Origin: a virus
IMG/VR virus record: IMGVR_UViG_3300034105_002043
Coordinates: 1 to 64,000 of that record
Strand: one strand, 5' to 3'
DNA length: 64,000 nucleotides
In this document: positions 17,976 through 26,698 of the stretch, piece by piece
How positions within the stretch are numbered: position 1 is the first letter of the stretch
How the letters are laid out: every line of letters begins with the position of its first letter
Translations under genes and position numbers: made by a program
The notes under the pieces: model-generated
What the model was told of the DNA's origin: nothing
Seen by the model: only the letters and a program-made list of their open reading frames with translations
Databases searched by the model: none

Positions 17976-19072
17976 TATTTTTTACCTCCTCTTGGTTTTT
18001 TAACTGCGGTTGTTCTTGCTTTTCTTACAGGTTTCTTTGGTTCATTACCGCTTAATCTTTCTAATTCAGAAAGGATTGCAGGGTCGCCGAATTGTGGCAT
18101 ACCTGCTACGTCCTTAAAGTCGTCTGTGAATCCACCGTTGTCTTTCAAGTTACTATAAACGCCTTGCTCTTCAGGCTCAAAATAAGCCAACTGTTCGTCT
18201 AAATTTGTTTTAGGCGCACTTCTTTCAGGTCTTCTTCTTTGTCTGCTTACAGGCTCTTGAATAACTTCCGCTATATTTTCTGTATATGAAACATCGTTAT
18301 CAACAGGCTCTTGATATACAGGCTCTTGATATTGTGTTTGAGGTTGAGGTTCAGGTCTTGGCGGTTCAGGTCTTGAATTTCTCATATTATTTTCTCTCAT
18401 AGCCATAGTATTCTCTTTTAAAGAGTCCAAAATGCTATTAGTAGTTTTCTTTAACATAAATGCTTGTGCGCCCTTTGTAGCAATATCAGTACCAAAGTAG
18501 TACATCAATAATTGCTCATCGGTCATTCCAATACCACGTTTTTTGAATACACGAATTAAAGGTGCTTTTACTTTGTCTTTGAATTCGTCACTTACAACAA
18601 ACGCTTCTTTAATGCTATCATTAAATTCAACGGCAAAATCTTTAATTGGCATATTTCCTGCTTCAGTTTGAAGCGTAATATTCGGGTCAATTTCGCCCTC
18701 TGCAATTAACTTGTCAATTTTTGTTTCGCTTATTTCAGGAATTTTACCTAAATAGAAACAACCTTTTTCGTAGATGTCTAAAGTCATTTCAGCCATCATC
18801 TCCGCACCCATAGTTTTCTCTTTACCGTCTAATTGAGAATAACTTTCGTTGAATGGTCTTTCAGGCTCATTTGCTTCTTCTTCGGCAGTACCGTCAAGGT
18901 CTGCGAAACTTGGACGTTCAAAAGTAGGTTCTTCCAATTCTCCCATTTCTTGAGCATCGCCCATTTTGTGTTGTGTGTACGACCTTTGTTTTACAGGTGC
19001 GTCTAAAGGCGAGAAATCATCATTAATAATTTCTACATCTTGAATGTCTTCGTAGTTTTCTTGGTTAATCAT
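17975..19072 (-). CDS. Acidic protein with Pro/Gln-rich region and basic tail, possible packaging or scaffold partner
   Basis: ORF track; position next to ATPase. Confidence 0.6.
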   Translation of the reverse strand: MINQENYEDIQDVEIINDDFSPLDAPVKQRSYTQHKMGDAQEMGELEEPTFERPSFADLDGTAEEEANEPERPFNESYSQLDGKEKTMGAEMMAEMTLDIYEKGCFYLGKIPEISETKIDKLIAEGEIDPNITLQTEAGNMPIKDFAVEFNDSIKEAFVVSDEFKDKVKAPLIRVFKKRGIGMTDEQLLMYYFGTDIATKGAQAFMLKKTTNSILDSLKENTMAMRENNMRNSRPEPPRPEPQPQTQYQEPVYQEPVDNDVSYTENIAEVIQEPVSRQRRRPERSAPKTNLDEQLAYFEPEEQGVYSNLKDNGGFTDDFKDVAGMPQFGDPAILSELERLSGNEPKKPVRKARTTAVKKPRGGKK

Positions 19073-19508
19073 TTTTAAATAATTTATTTATGTTAGCATT
19101 AATGTTGTCAATTTTCTGTAATACCTGTCTGTCTGACGGGTGGTTTGAATTTAATCTCAATATTTCTTGTTTGTACAAAGATACTAAAGTGTCGGGTTTT
19201 TTCAAAATATAAGATATGTTTGAATTATCGAGTTTGAGTTCTTTTTGTATTACAAAGGCGCAAACGCCTATTGATATTCTTCGATTGTTTTTTCGCTTCA
19301 TATCAAAAATATCGTCCAAAGAAATATTGAATTCATCACAAACAAGTTGAACTAATTTTAATGCTTGTTCTATTTGTTCCTGATTTAAAGTAGGTGGGTT
19401 TTTTCTTGAGTATTTTAAAATCTCAATTAACTTATCAGCCCCTATGATTTGGATTGTCTTGTCTAATTCCTTAAACACTAAAGACACGTTGTTAGTTTCC
19501 TCTTTCAT
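19065..19508 (-). CDS. DnaA C-terminal-like HTH DNA-binding protein
   Basis: LVCDEFNISLDDIFDMKRK...ISYILKK..TLVS follows the DnaA domain IV pattern. Confidence 0.55.
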   Translation of the reverse strand: MKEETNNVSLVFKELDKTIQIIGADKLIEILKYSRKNPPTLNQEQIEQALKLVQLVCDEFNISLDDIFDMKRKNNRRISIGVCAFVIQKELKLDNSNISYILKKPDTLVSLYKQEILRLNSNHPSDRQVLQKIDNINANINKLFKND

Positions 19509-19510
19509 AA

Positions 19511-19897
19511 CTATTCCTTTAAGTATTCGTCAATGATTTGTTTAGTCATATCAAAACCCCAAGAAAATTCTGCCTTATAGCCTTTTGAAGTAAGTTTAAG
19601 CAAACATTCGTGTTGTAGTTTTAAGTGGTCTTTTTGAGAAGCCTTAATTGTACCGTCTTTCTTAAAAGGAGTTTCTATTTTAAGTTCAATAAATAAACCA
19701 CAGTAGCCTTGTCGTGGCTCAAGAATTAAAACGTCAGGGCATTTAAACCCGTTTTTTTGAACGAGTTTATTTCTTCCTGCCTGTCTTTCCGTTAATTTTA
19801 CAGATGCTATCGTATCTGATAAAAAATCAACATCAGGATATTGGTAAGATAAATAACGGGCTACCGATTTTTGTAGTTCATATTCCTCGTGTTTCAT
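19511..19897 (-). CDS. VRR-NUC (PD-(D/E)xK) nuclease
   Basis: EEYELQ...PDVLIL...GLFIELK...GYKA. Confidence 0.8.
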   Translation of the reverse strand: MKHEEYELQKSVARYLSYQYPDVDFLSDTIASVKLTERQAGRNKLVQKNGFKCPDVLILEPRQGYCGLFIELKIETPFKKDGTIKASQKDHLKLQHECLLKLTSKGYKAEFSWGFDMTKQIIDEYLKE

Positions 19898-19923
19898 ATT
19901 TTGTTGTTAGTTGTTCTTGGTTA

Positions 19924-20568
19924 TTAAATTCCGTATTTCTTTGTAAATTCAGGGTGTTTTAAAATTGCTTTTCCTAACTCTCTACCCCCATCGTTATCGC
20001 TTGGGTAATGGTGTCCTAAATAAACTCGGCTATACGATATATCTTCAATCAATTCCTTACAATATTGATACTCTGTCGGGTATTTATTTCCTAATACATT
20101 TAATATTACAATTGCTTGAACCGTATGTCCTGATGGATAAGAGGGTGTGTGAGCAGAAAAACTTTTATACGGAAAAAGTTTTAATTTATAATATTGCGCT
20201 ATTTGAAAAGGTCTTGGTCGTTGAATATGAAATTTTAGTTTAAAAATTAAGTTCTGAATATCTTTTACAATTTCCGTAACCAACTCTTCTACTTCAATAT
20301 CTTTTTGTTTAAATATGCTTGATATTGCTTGAATTAAATTTCTATCATACGCTAAATACCTCTTTAGATAATTTTGATTTTCAGGTTGTGACATTACTGC
20401 TAAACTATCTGCAACTTCGTTAAGTTCGTCCTTAACTAATTCAGAATCGTTATTAGGCACTACTGCGTCTTTAAAAGTATCAAAAAGGTCATCTACCAAA
20501 CAACTCCCTTGAATGAAACCTAATTGTTCGTGTGTTGGATTACCGTATGTTAAATCATTAAACTCCAT
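19924..20568 (-). CDS. PAP2/haloperoxidase-superfamily phosphatase
   Basis: K....RPRP, SYPSGH, SRVYLGHHYPSD catalytic motifs. Confidence 0.85.
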   Translation of the reverse strand: MEFNDLTYGNPTHEQLGFIQGSCLVDDLFDTFKDAVVPNNDSELVKDELNEVADSLAVMSQPENQNYLKRYLAYDRNLIQAISSIFKQKDIEVEELVTEIVKDIQNLIFKLKFHIQRPRPFQIAQYYKLKLFPYKSFSAHTPSYPSGHTVQAIVILNVLGNKYPTEYQYCKELIEDISYSRVYLGHHYPSDNDGGRELGKAILKHPEFTKKYGI

Positions 20569-20572
20569 AGTG

Positions 20573-20911
20573 TTATTTTTGTCCTTGTCCTACACAACTT
20601 GTCATAAAGTTATCGTATGTCTTTTGCGTTTGTTCTTGGGAACTAAATTTTTGCGTTTCAGCAAATTTAAGCCATTTTTCTTTACATATTACAACTTGAG
20701 GAGTATCTAAAGTTTCAACAACTTCAGGCTCTTCAATTTTAGTTGTACCCGCTTCAGCAGGAGCATTTGTTGATGCGGGAGTTATTGTTTCTGTTGTCGT
20801 ATCAGAAACACTCATATCCTTTACGACAGTAGTCTTTTTGCCTACTGCTTTACAAACTATAAATCCAAGTACAAATCCTGCACCTGCAAAAATTAAATCT
20901 CTTCTGTTCAT
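20573..20911 (-). CDS. N-anchored protein with 2-Cys helical hairpin (paralogue of 20922)
   Basis: TM; C-x~29-C C-terminal module. Confidence 0.7.
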   Translation of the reverse strand: MNRRDLIFAGAGFVLGFIVCKAVGKKTTVVKDMSVSDTTTETITPASTNAPAEAGTTKIEEPEVVETLDTPQVVICKEKWLKFAETQKFSSQEQTQKTYDNFMTSCVGQGQK

Positions 20912-20921
20912 ATTAATTTAA

Positions 20922-21188
20922 TTAAGCATTTTTTGCCATACAAGCGTCAAATCTTTCTTTTCTAATAGCCCCTAAATCTGCACCTGCTGATGGTCTAATA
21001 GTCATCATAAATTCGTCTGCTTCTTTGTTACAAGCGTCAATTTTTGCTTGTGAGGGTGCTGAAGCAACTGTGTCTGTCGAAGTTGTTGTTCCTGTTACTG
21101 AACCATCTTTTGATTTTTTCAAATAACCTGCTAAAAGATAGCCTCCCGCTACTCCTGCTACTACTAATATTATATCTTTTGTGTTCAT
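20922..21188 (-). CDS. N-anchored protein with 2-Cys helical hairpin
   Basis: TM; IDACNKE...FDACM. Confidence 0.7.
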   Translation of the reverse strand: MNTKDIILVVAGVAGGYLLAGYLKKSKDGSVTGTTTSTDTVASAPSQAKIDACNKEADEFMMTIRPSAGADLGAIRKERFDACMAKNA

Positions 21189-21190
21189 AA

Positions 21191-21328
21191 TTATTTTGCT
21201 TTATAAACAGTTAATCCTGTTTTAGTTTTTGATGCTACATACGTTTTACCATTGTAAGTAAATGATGCTGATTTGTTCTTTTTGGCTTCCAACATTGCTT
21301 TGAAATACCCGTTTACCGCTTTTGCCAT
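21191..21328 (-). CDS. 45-aa basic protein, possible nucleic-acid-binding core protein (not in ORF track)
   Basis: MAKAVNGYFKAMLEAKKNKSASFTYNGKTYVASKTKTGLTVYKAK. Confidence 0.75.
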   Translation of the reverse strand: MAKAVNGYFKAMLEAKKNKSASFTYNGKTYVASKTKTGLTVYKAK

Positions 21329-21339
21329 AATTTCTGTTT

Positions 21340-21555
21340 TTAATTGTTTTTGTTTTTTAAATAATTTTTTCCATTATAATAAAAAGTAGAAACCCCAATA
21401 ATAATCAAACTTAATTGTATAAATTTTGGTAATGTTTTACCTTTTAATCCTGCATAAACACAAATTGGAGCAATAACAAAAATGTCAATAATTCTAATTG
21501 CTTGGCTCTTTTGAAATTCTTCTACTGTTTCTGTTCTAATTTCGTTTATTTTCAT
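21340..21555 (-). CDS. Two-TM small protein
   Basis: KSQAIRIIDIFVIAP...IIIGVSTFYYNGKNY. Confidence 0.7.
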   Translation of the reverse strand: MKINEIRTETVEEFQKSQAIRIIDIFVIAPICVYAGLKGKTLPKFIQLSLIIIGVSTFYYNGKNYLKNKNN

Positions 21556-21575
21556 ATTTTTAAAAGTTTTTACTT

Positions 21576-21758
21576 TTATTTTTTAAAAAATTTCAAAACT
21601 CTTTGAACGTTTTTTCGGTCATAAGGCACTTTGCCGTTTAACCAATCTTGTCTTGCTTCGCAACCGCAATCTTCTGTTACTGCTTCAACTACCGCTTTAA
21701 TTCCTGTAAATTTAGTAATTTTTGCAACAGTATCGCCTAATCCTCTGCTTTTTTCCAT
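21576..21758 (-). CDS. Conserved small phage protein (GLGDT...CGC motif)
   Basis: SRGLGDTVAKITKFTGIK...DCGCEARQDWLN. Confidence 0.75.
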   Translation of the reverse strand: MEKSRGLGDTVAKITKFTGIKAVVEAVTEDCGCEARQDWLNGKVPYDRKNVQRVLKFFKK

Positions 21759-21785
21759 ACCAAATTGTTGTTATTTTACTTGGTT

Positions 21786-21989
21786 TTATTTTGTGTAATC
21801 TTTATTGATTAAATCATACGTCATATAAGCAACCGTACCTGCGCCTAATACAACGCCTATTGCCATACTTCCTAATACAGTTACCAAAGCCCCTTTACCT
21901 AAACTATATCCTTTAGAATAAGAGAAAATAGCAAGACTTAAAGGCACAACCAATAAAACTACTGCTCCATTATTTGAATCCTTTGCCAT
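21786..21989 (-). CDS. Two-TM small protein
   Basis: ORF track. Confidence 0.7.
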   Translation of the reverse strand: MAKDSNNGAVVLLVVPLSLAIFSYSKGYSLGKGALVTVLGSMAIGVVLGAGTVAYMTYDLINKDYTK

Positions 21990-22000
21990 ATACTTAATTA

Positions 22001-22327
22001 TTAAGTCGTTGAGTATTTTTTACCCATTGCTTTTTTAACATTGTATTTTACTTCTTCTACGTCATCTACCAAATTAAGGAAATCATCGTTTGGTTTTTTC
22101 TCTTCGTTCAATTTAGCAATTGCTTTTCTGTAATATGTAATTCCATATATTGAAAATGCAATCAAAAGCCCGAATACAAGCAAACTTTTAAAATCCATTG
22201 GTTTTTGCGACCCCATACTTTCAAATACATCATCGCCACCACCTGACGGTGCAACGGGTGCGGGTGCTACGGGTGCTACTGCTACGGGAGCGGGTGCTAC
22301 GGGTGCTACTGCTACTTCTGTTTCCAT
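22001..22327 (-). CDS. TM protein with (VAP)n N-terminus
   Basis: Ala/Pro/Val repeat, central TM. Confidence 0.75.
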   Translation of the reverse strand: METEVAVAPVAPAPVAVAPVAPAPVAPSGGGDDVFESMGSQKPMDFKSLLVFGLLIAFSIYGITYYRKAIAKLNEEKKPNDDFLNLVDDVEEVKYNVKKAMGKKYSTT

Positions 22328-22333
22328 AATAAT

Positions 22334-22822
22334 TTATTTATTAAATTTTTTATATGCTAAATATGCAATTACCAATCCTCCTAAAATTAGTAAATTAGTT
22401 TTGTTTTTTTCTAAAAATGTTTGAGGAGCGACATCTTTATTATCAGGATAATCTGCCCCTAATCCCTGTTGTTCAGAATTTATAACTTTCACACTTTTAT
22501 CTAATGTAACTTTAGAATCATCAGGAACTAATTCTAATTCTTTTTGGAAATAAGAGTTGTTTTTAACATCTCTAATGTTACTCAAAAATATAGGATATTT
22601 GTCAGTATCTTTTTTTAAAGAAATTTGAAAACTATTAGGAAAATCTTCATTTTCTCCACCATTAAATTTTAATGGCTCTGCCTCCACAATAGTACCTTTA
22701 GGTATTGTATAAAGAAGTTTGTCTTTAATTTCTTTAGTTCCATCTCCGCCTGTTAATTCAGGTGCAGGAACAGTTTTATAACTATACTGACTTGCTTCAA
22801 TTAATAATTTATACTTTGCCAT
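22334..22822 (-). CDS. C-anchored protein with SH3-like module
   Basis: Shares QTFLEKNKTNLLI...YLAYKKFNK anchor with 22828. Confidence 0.75.
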   Translation of the reverse strand: MAKYKLLIEASQYSYKTVPAPELTGGDGTKEIKDKLLYTIPKGTIVEAEPLKFNGGENEDFPNSFQISLKKDTDKYPIFLSNIRDVKNNSYFQKELELVPDDSKVTLDKSVKVINSEQQGLGADYPDNKDVAPQTFLEKNKTNLLILGGLVIAYLAYKKFNK

Positions 22823-22827
22823 AATTT

Positions 22828-23187
22828 CTATTTATTAAATTTTTTATATGCTAAATATCCTAAAACCAATAAGCCAACTATTAGTAAATTGGTTTTATTT
22901 TTTTCTAAAAATGTTTGTTCTCTTACTAACATTTCAGGAACTTGAAATACCCCATTATAATAAACTAATTTATTATCTTCTGTAAAATTATTCGGAGTAA
23001 TTATTTCAACATTATATGCTCTTGCTTCGGGATTTACACCTGCATTTGTAGGCACTAATTTACCCTCAAAAACATCTCCTTTTTTAAATTTGTGTTTTAA
23101 TTTTATTGAGCGAACATCGTGACGGCTTTCGTCACTTGGTGTTGTGCCAATTGCCTCAAAATCTTCTTTAAATATATATTTTGCCAT
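22828..23187 (-). CDS. C-anchored protein with SH3-like module
   Basis: KYIFKEDF...FKKGDVFEG...FQVP. Confidence 0.75.
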   Translation of the reverse strand: MAKYIFKEDFEAIGTTPSDESRHDVRSIKLKHKFKKGDVFEGKLVPTNAGVNPEARAYNVEIITPNNFTEDNKLVYYNGVFQVPEMLVREQTFLEKNKTNLLIVGLLVLGYLAYKKFNK

Positions 23188-23192
23188 AATTC

Positions 23193-23621
23193 CTATTTTT
23201 TATTTTTAAATGCTCTAACAATTAAAAATAGTCCTGCTAACATTCCTATTCCTGCATAAATAATTTTATGGTCTTGTAAATGCTGAACAAATTTATTTTT
23301 ACTTGACTCTACTGCAACGGGTCTATTATCTTTAGGTTTTTTTCCTGAATTAATAACAACTTCGTCAAGAACAATATTATCGTCTAATAATTTTATTTTT
23401 TTACCTTGAAGTTCTTTAGCCTTAAAAAATTGAGGCTTGTACCCAACGTATGATATTTTAAATTCTGAATCAGGTGTAATTGAATTATCTTCTATAACAA
23501 AATTTCCGTCCAAGTCTGCTTCGTCTGCCATTTTATTGGCAAATTCTCCTGATACAATAGTGACATTTGCTAAACCCATAGGCAACCCGTCAATATCTAA
23601 AACTTGTCCAAATATCTTCAT
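23193..23621 (-). CDS. CarboxypepD_reg-like (SusC N-terminal type) domain protein with C-terminal TM
   Basis: GQVLD.DG.P...ANVTI...DLDGNF.I...ISYVGY...LDEVVI. Confidence 0.8.
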   Translation of the reverse strand: MKIFGQVLDIDGLPMGLANVTIVSGEFANKMADEADLDGNFVIEDNSITPDSEFKISYVGYKPQFFKAKELQGKKIKLLDDNIVLDEVVINSGKKPKDNRPVAVESSKNKFVQHLQDHKIIYAGIGMLAGLFLIVRAFKNKK

Positions 23622-23806
23622 TATGCTTTTCCTCCTGTTATTCTTTTAATCGTGTAATAATTAACTATTGCGCCTAATGTAAAAGACACAATGCCTACTA
23701 CAACAAATATTGTAGATAAATGCTGATGTGTTTTAGCACTTGCATCTTTCTTATTTTGCTCATCAGTTTGTGCGCCTGTTTGACTACTTTGAACTGCTCC
23801 TACCAT
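23621..23806 (-). CDS. Single-TM protein
   Basis: ORF track. Confidence 0.7.
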   Translation of the reverse strand: MVGAVQSSQTGAQTDEQNKKDASAKTHQHLSTIFVVVGIVSFTLGAIVNYYTIKRITGGKA

Positions 23807-24407
23807 AATAATAATATAATGAAATTCCTGCTATTATTGACAATATCCCTAATGCAATATAATTTTTGTATGCTTTTACTGCTAAACCAAAACTTCCGTC
23901 ATTTAACCATTCTTTAGGTAGTTTCTCTAACATTGTTTTTTTAACTTCCCAAACTCTTAATTTTCCATCTTTTACTTGGCGGAAAGCAGGGTTTGCATTG
24001 TATATTTTTTCTGCACTTAAACCACCTCCCTGAATAATCCAATCATCGGGCTTACCAATTGCAGGTGGGAAAAATACCGCAAAATAAGTGTCAATATATG
24101 TTTTATATTTTCCTTTGTAAAGGTTAAAATATTTCTCTACAAAATCTAACTGCTTAACTGCCGACATTTTTTGTAATTCCTCTTTAGTTGTTCCTAAAGT
24201 TTTTCTTGCACTTGCACCAAACTGAATTAAACCAACGTACCCCAAAGAGTTTGTAATAGACGGACTAAATGTACCTGCCGTTTCAAAGTGCATAATAGCC
24301 ATTAACCAATTAGGGTCAACGCCTATTCTTTTCGATACTTCTTTTACCTTTTCTACAAAAGGTGTCCTGATTGAAGCAGGTACTTTATTTTCGTATATTA
24401 ATGCCAT
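23784..24407 (-). CDS. Lytic transglycosylase (lysozyme-like) with C-terminal TM, putative virion entry enzyme
   Basis: WLMAIMHFET catalytic Glu, GYVGLIQF, QLDFVEKYF. Confidence 0.8.
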   Translation of the reverse strand: MALIYENKVPASIRTPFVEKVKEVSKRIGVDPNWLMAIMHFETAGTFSPSITNSLGYVGLIQFGASARKTLGTTKEELQKMSAVKQLDFVEKYFNLYKGKYKTYIDTYFAVFFPPAIGKPDDWIIQGGGLSAEKIYNANPAFRQVKDGKLRVWEVKKTMLEKLPKEWLNDGSFGLAVKAYKNYIALGILSIIAGISLYYYYGRSSSK

Positions 24408-24701
24408 TTACCACAATATTTTATCCGCATACCAACCATTTGTTCCCGTTTTTTTACGGTCTTTTTCGTGACGAATCTTATATAATCTTCTTCTTTCCTT
24501 TGCATATCCTTTCGGATAATAGCCTTTTTTTTCTTTTTCCAAATAGGTAGGGTAATCATTCATACCCAAAGCCCCTATTGAAGCGACTTTTTTACCGTTT
24601 TTAAAAACATCAATTTTTTTAAGCGGGTTAGTTGAGGGTTTTATTTCAACTCTCAACTTATCTGCTTGTGCTTTTGAATATGGTAAAATCTTGTAAGCCA
24701 T
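24408..24701 (-). CDS. Basic protein resembling DUF5754
   Basis: PST...KK.DV...IG..G..DY....RR..Y..RH....G.....ILW pattern, recalled not searched. Confidence 0.6.
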   Translation of the reverse strand: MAYKILPYSKAQADKLRVEIKPSTNPLKKIDVFKNGKKVASIGALGMNDYPTYLEKEKKGYYPKGYAKERRRLYKIRHEKDRKKTGTNGWYADKILW

Positions 24702-24718
24702 TAATTAAATATTTTTAA

Positions 24719-24940
24719 TTAATTACCTACCGTACTTGCTATTGCTCTATACCCCTCTTTACAATCCCTTGTATCAGACATATAAATTTGACCTCTTTCA
24801 TTTCTGCAATAATACTTTTTTTTATCCTTTCCCATCGCATTAAAAAATCCGTCTGAATTTCTCTTTGGTTTTTGTACATAAGCAACAATTGCAATCACAC
24901 CAAGTAAGGCTAAACCTCCAAATATATATTCTGTTTTCAT
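24719..24940 (-). CDS. TM protein, NSxGF family, 2-Cys tail
   Basis: YIFGGLALLG...PKRNSDGFFNAMG. Confidence 0.8.
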   Translation of the reverse strand: MKTEYIFGGLALLGVIAIVAYVQKPKRNSDGFFNAMGKDKKKYYCRNERGQIYMSDTRDCKEGYRAIASTVGN

Positions 24941-24956
24941 ATTTTTTATTTATTTA

Positions 24957-25634
24957 TTAATTATTTTCATCAAACACATAAGTTTGTTTTGTTTCGTCAT
25001 ACCTAATTTTCTTTAACTCTTCTTCGGTAAAATTTCTTCTGAAAAAACCTACTATGGTCATACTTCCGCTTTTTTTACCTACCGTAAGGTATCTTTTTAA
25101 TTTTTTTACCTTATCTCCCTCGCCTGTTTTTGTTGAGTCTGTATTCCCCTCAATAGTTTCGCAATAATTTGTTTTTTCGTCTAAAATTTGTACAATTATT
25201 CCTGTATGTCCTCCTTGTGTTCTTTTAGCACAAAAAATATCTCCTACTTGTAATTTTCCACTTTTAAAAGCAATATACTTTTTATCTCCTTTTTTATTTA
25301 AGTTTTGTACATTAATTAAATTTTGTAATGCACTTCCACCTATATTTTTTGACAACCACTCTTTATCAAAAGAAAATAGTTGCATCAATACTAATTTAAC
25401 ATAATAAGCACACCACGCTTGACTTGACTTCCAACCAACTGCTTTCATCATTGCTTCAAAAGCACTATCAACAAATCCTACATTCGCTCTTCCTTTGACT
25501 TTTTTTTCTAATTGAGATGCAAAGCCTGTATTTTCCAAAAAACCTAATAGTTTAGCAAATACGAGAGGTATATTTGGAAATAAATTGGCGGTGCTATTTC
25601 CACCATTAGGATTGTTTTCATTTTCTTCTCCCAT
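24957..25634 (-). CDS. CHAP-domain peptidoglycan hydrolase
   Basis: AWCAYYV, GDIF, GHTGII, TIEGNT. Confidence 0.85.
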   Translation of the reverse strand: MGEENENNPNGGNSTANLFPNIPLVFAKLLGFLENTGFASQLEKKVKGRANVGFVDSAFEAMMKAVGWKSSQAWCAYYVKLVLMQLFSFDKEWLSKNIGGSALQNLINVQNLNKKGDKKYIAFKSGKLQVGDIFCAKRTQGGHTGIIVQILDEKTNYCETIEGNTDSTKTGEGDKVKKLKRYLTVGKKSGSMTIVGFFRRNFTEEELKKIRYDETKQTYVFDENN

Positions 25635-25639
25635 AACTT

Positions 25640-25822
25640 TTACTTTATATTTGGGTCATTAAAAACATCATAATCCTCAACTATTTCCTTAACATCATTT
25701 TTGTAAATTATCGAAATCTTTTTTTCATTGGCTTTTCTCGTAAGATACATAGTCAAAGCAAAACCGCCAACACCAACTGCTACTAAACCCGTAATTAATA
25801 ATATTTTTTTACCGTTAGTCAT
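25640..25822 (-). CDS. Single-TM protein (paralogue of 26699..26863)
   Basis: KIL...VG.GGF.L..YLTR. Confidence 0.75.
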   Translation of the reverse strand: MTNGKKILLITGLVAVGVGGFALTMYLTRKANEKKISIIYKNDVKEIVEDYDVFNDPNIK

Positions 25823-25836
25823 ATTTTGTAAATAAT

Positions 25837-25971
25837 TTATTTAGCCCCACAACCACAACCACCTGTTGCGCTGAAAAAACCCTCTGAATTTTTCTTTGGT
25901 TTATTGTAATAAGCAATTAATGCTATTACCCCTACAATTGCTAAACCCCCTATGATGTATTGCTTATTCAT
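25837..25971 (-). CDS. 44-aa TM peptide, NSxGF family (not in ORF track)
   Basis: MNKQYIIGGLAIVGVIALIAYYNKPKKNSEGFFSATGGCGCGAK. Confidence 0.8.
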   Translation of the reverse strand: MNKQYIIGGLAIVGVIALIAYYNKPKKNSEGFFSATGGCGCGAK

Positions 25972-25976
25972 ATCTT

Positions 25977-26693
25977 TTATTTTTTAACACTTAAATTATT
26001 TTTAAACCACAAATCTAAAAATCCATTTACACCCAACATTTTTAATAAATAACCTCTGCTCTCTAAAGGTATTGTTTTGTTATTAAGTAATTGCTCTGTT
26101 GTTAATTTACCTTTAACTTTGTTTCTCATAGAATAATAACCTGCATTATAAGAAACCATTACTTTATTTATACTTGCAACATCGCCGTCTTTGAACGCTT
26201 CTAAAAGCCATCTTAAAACCGCAGTACCTATTGCTATGCTGAATTCAGAATTATTTTGTAATGCCCTGCGTATTTCACTTTTTACCGCCGAACTCGGCAA
26301 GGTATTAGCGTTGAAATTTTTACTTGACGGAATCGCTTTATTAAAAAACGCTTTTGCTTTTGCAGATAACGGAGAGTCAACCATTACTTGCCACTTAACA
26401 AGTATTTCCCAAACTGAATTTGGAGTAACCTGCATAAGACCTGTTGCATCATATTGATTTGGAGGAGCATTTTTACCACCGCTTTCAGTTGCTATAAAAC
26501 TTGCAATAATTGAATTATCAATTTCAAATTCAGTCCCCCAAGTGTTAATGAAACCTAAATAATCTTTAATTATTTTATTCAATAAATTAGTATTAGCCAA
26601 AGCAACGCTTTTGTCAGAATACTTATAACTTCCCTGCACAAAACTTCTATTAACATCAGGTACTTTAACCGCTACTGTTGTGAACTTTCCCAT
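25977..26693 (-). CDS. Soluble lytic transglycosylase (SLT domain)
   Basis: IATESGG, ATGLMQV, SYNAG motifs. Confidence 0.85.
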   Translation of the reverse strand: MGKFTTVAVKVPDVNRSFVQGSYKYSDKSVALANTNLLNKIIKDYLGFINTWGTEFEIDNSIIASFIATESGGKNAPPNQYDATGLMQVTPNSVWEILVKWQVMVDSPLSAKAKAFFNKAIPSSKNFNANTLPSSAVKSEIRRALQNNSEFSIAIGTAVLRWLLEAFKDGDVASINKVMVSYNAGYYSMRNKVKGKLTTEQLLNNKTIPLESRGYLLKMLGVNGFLDLWFKNNLSVKK

Positions 26694-26698
26694 AATTA

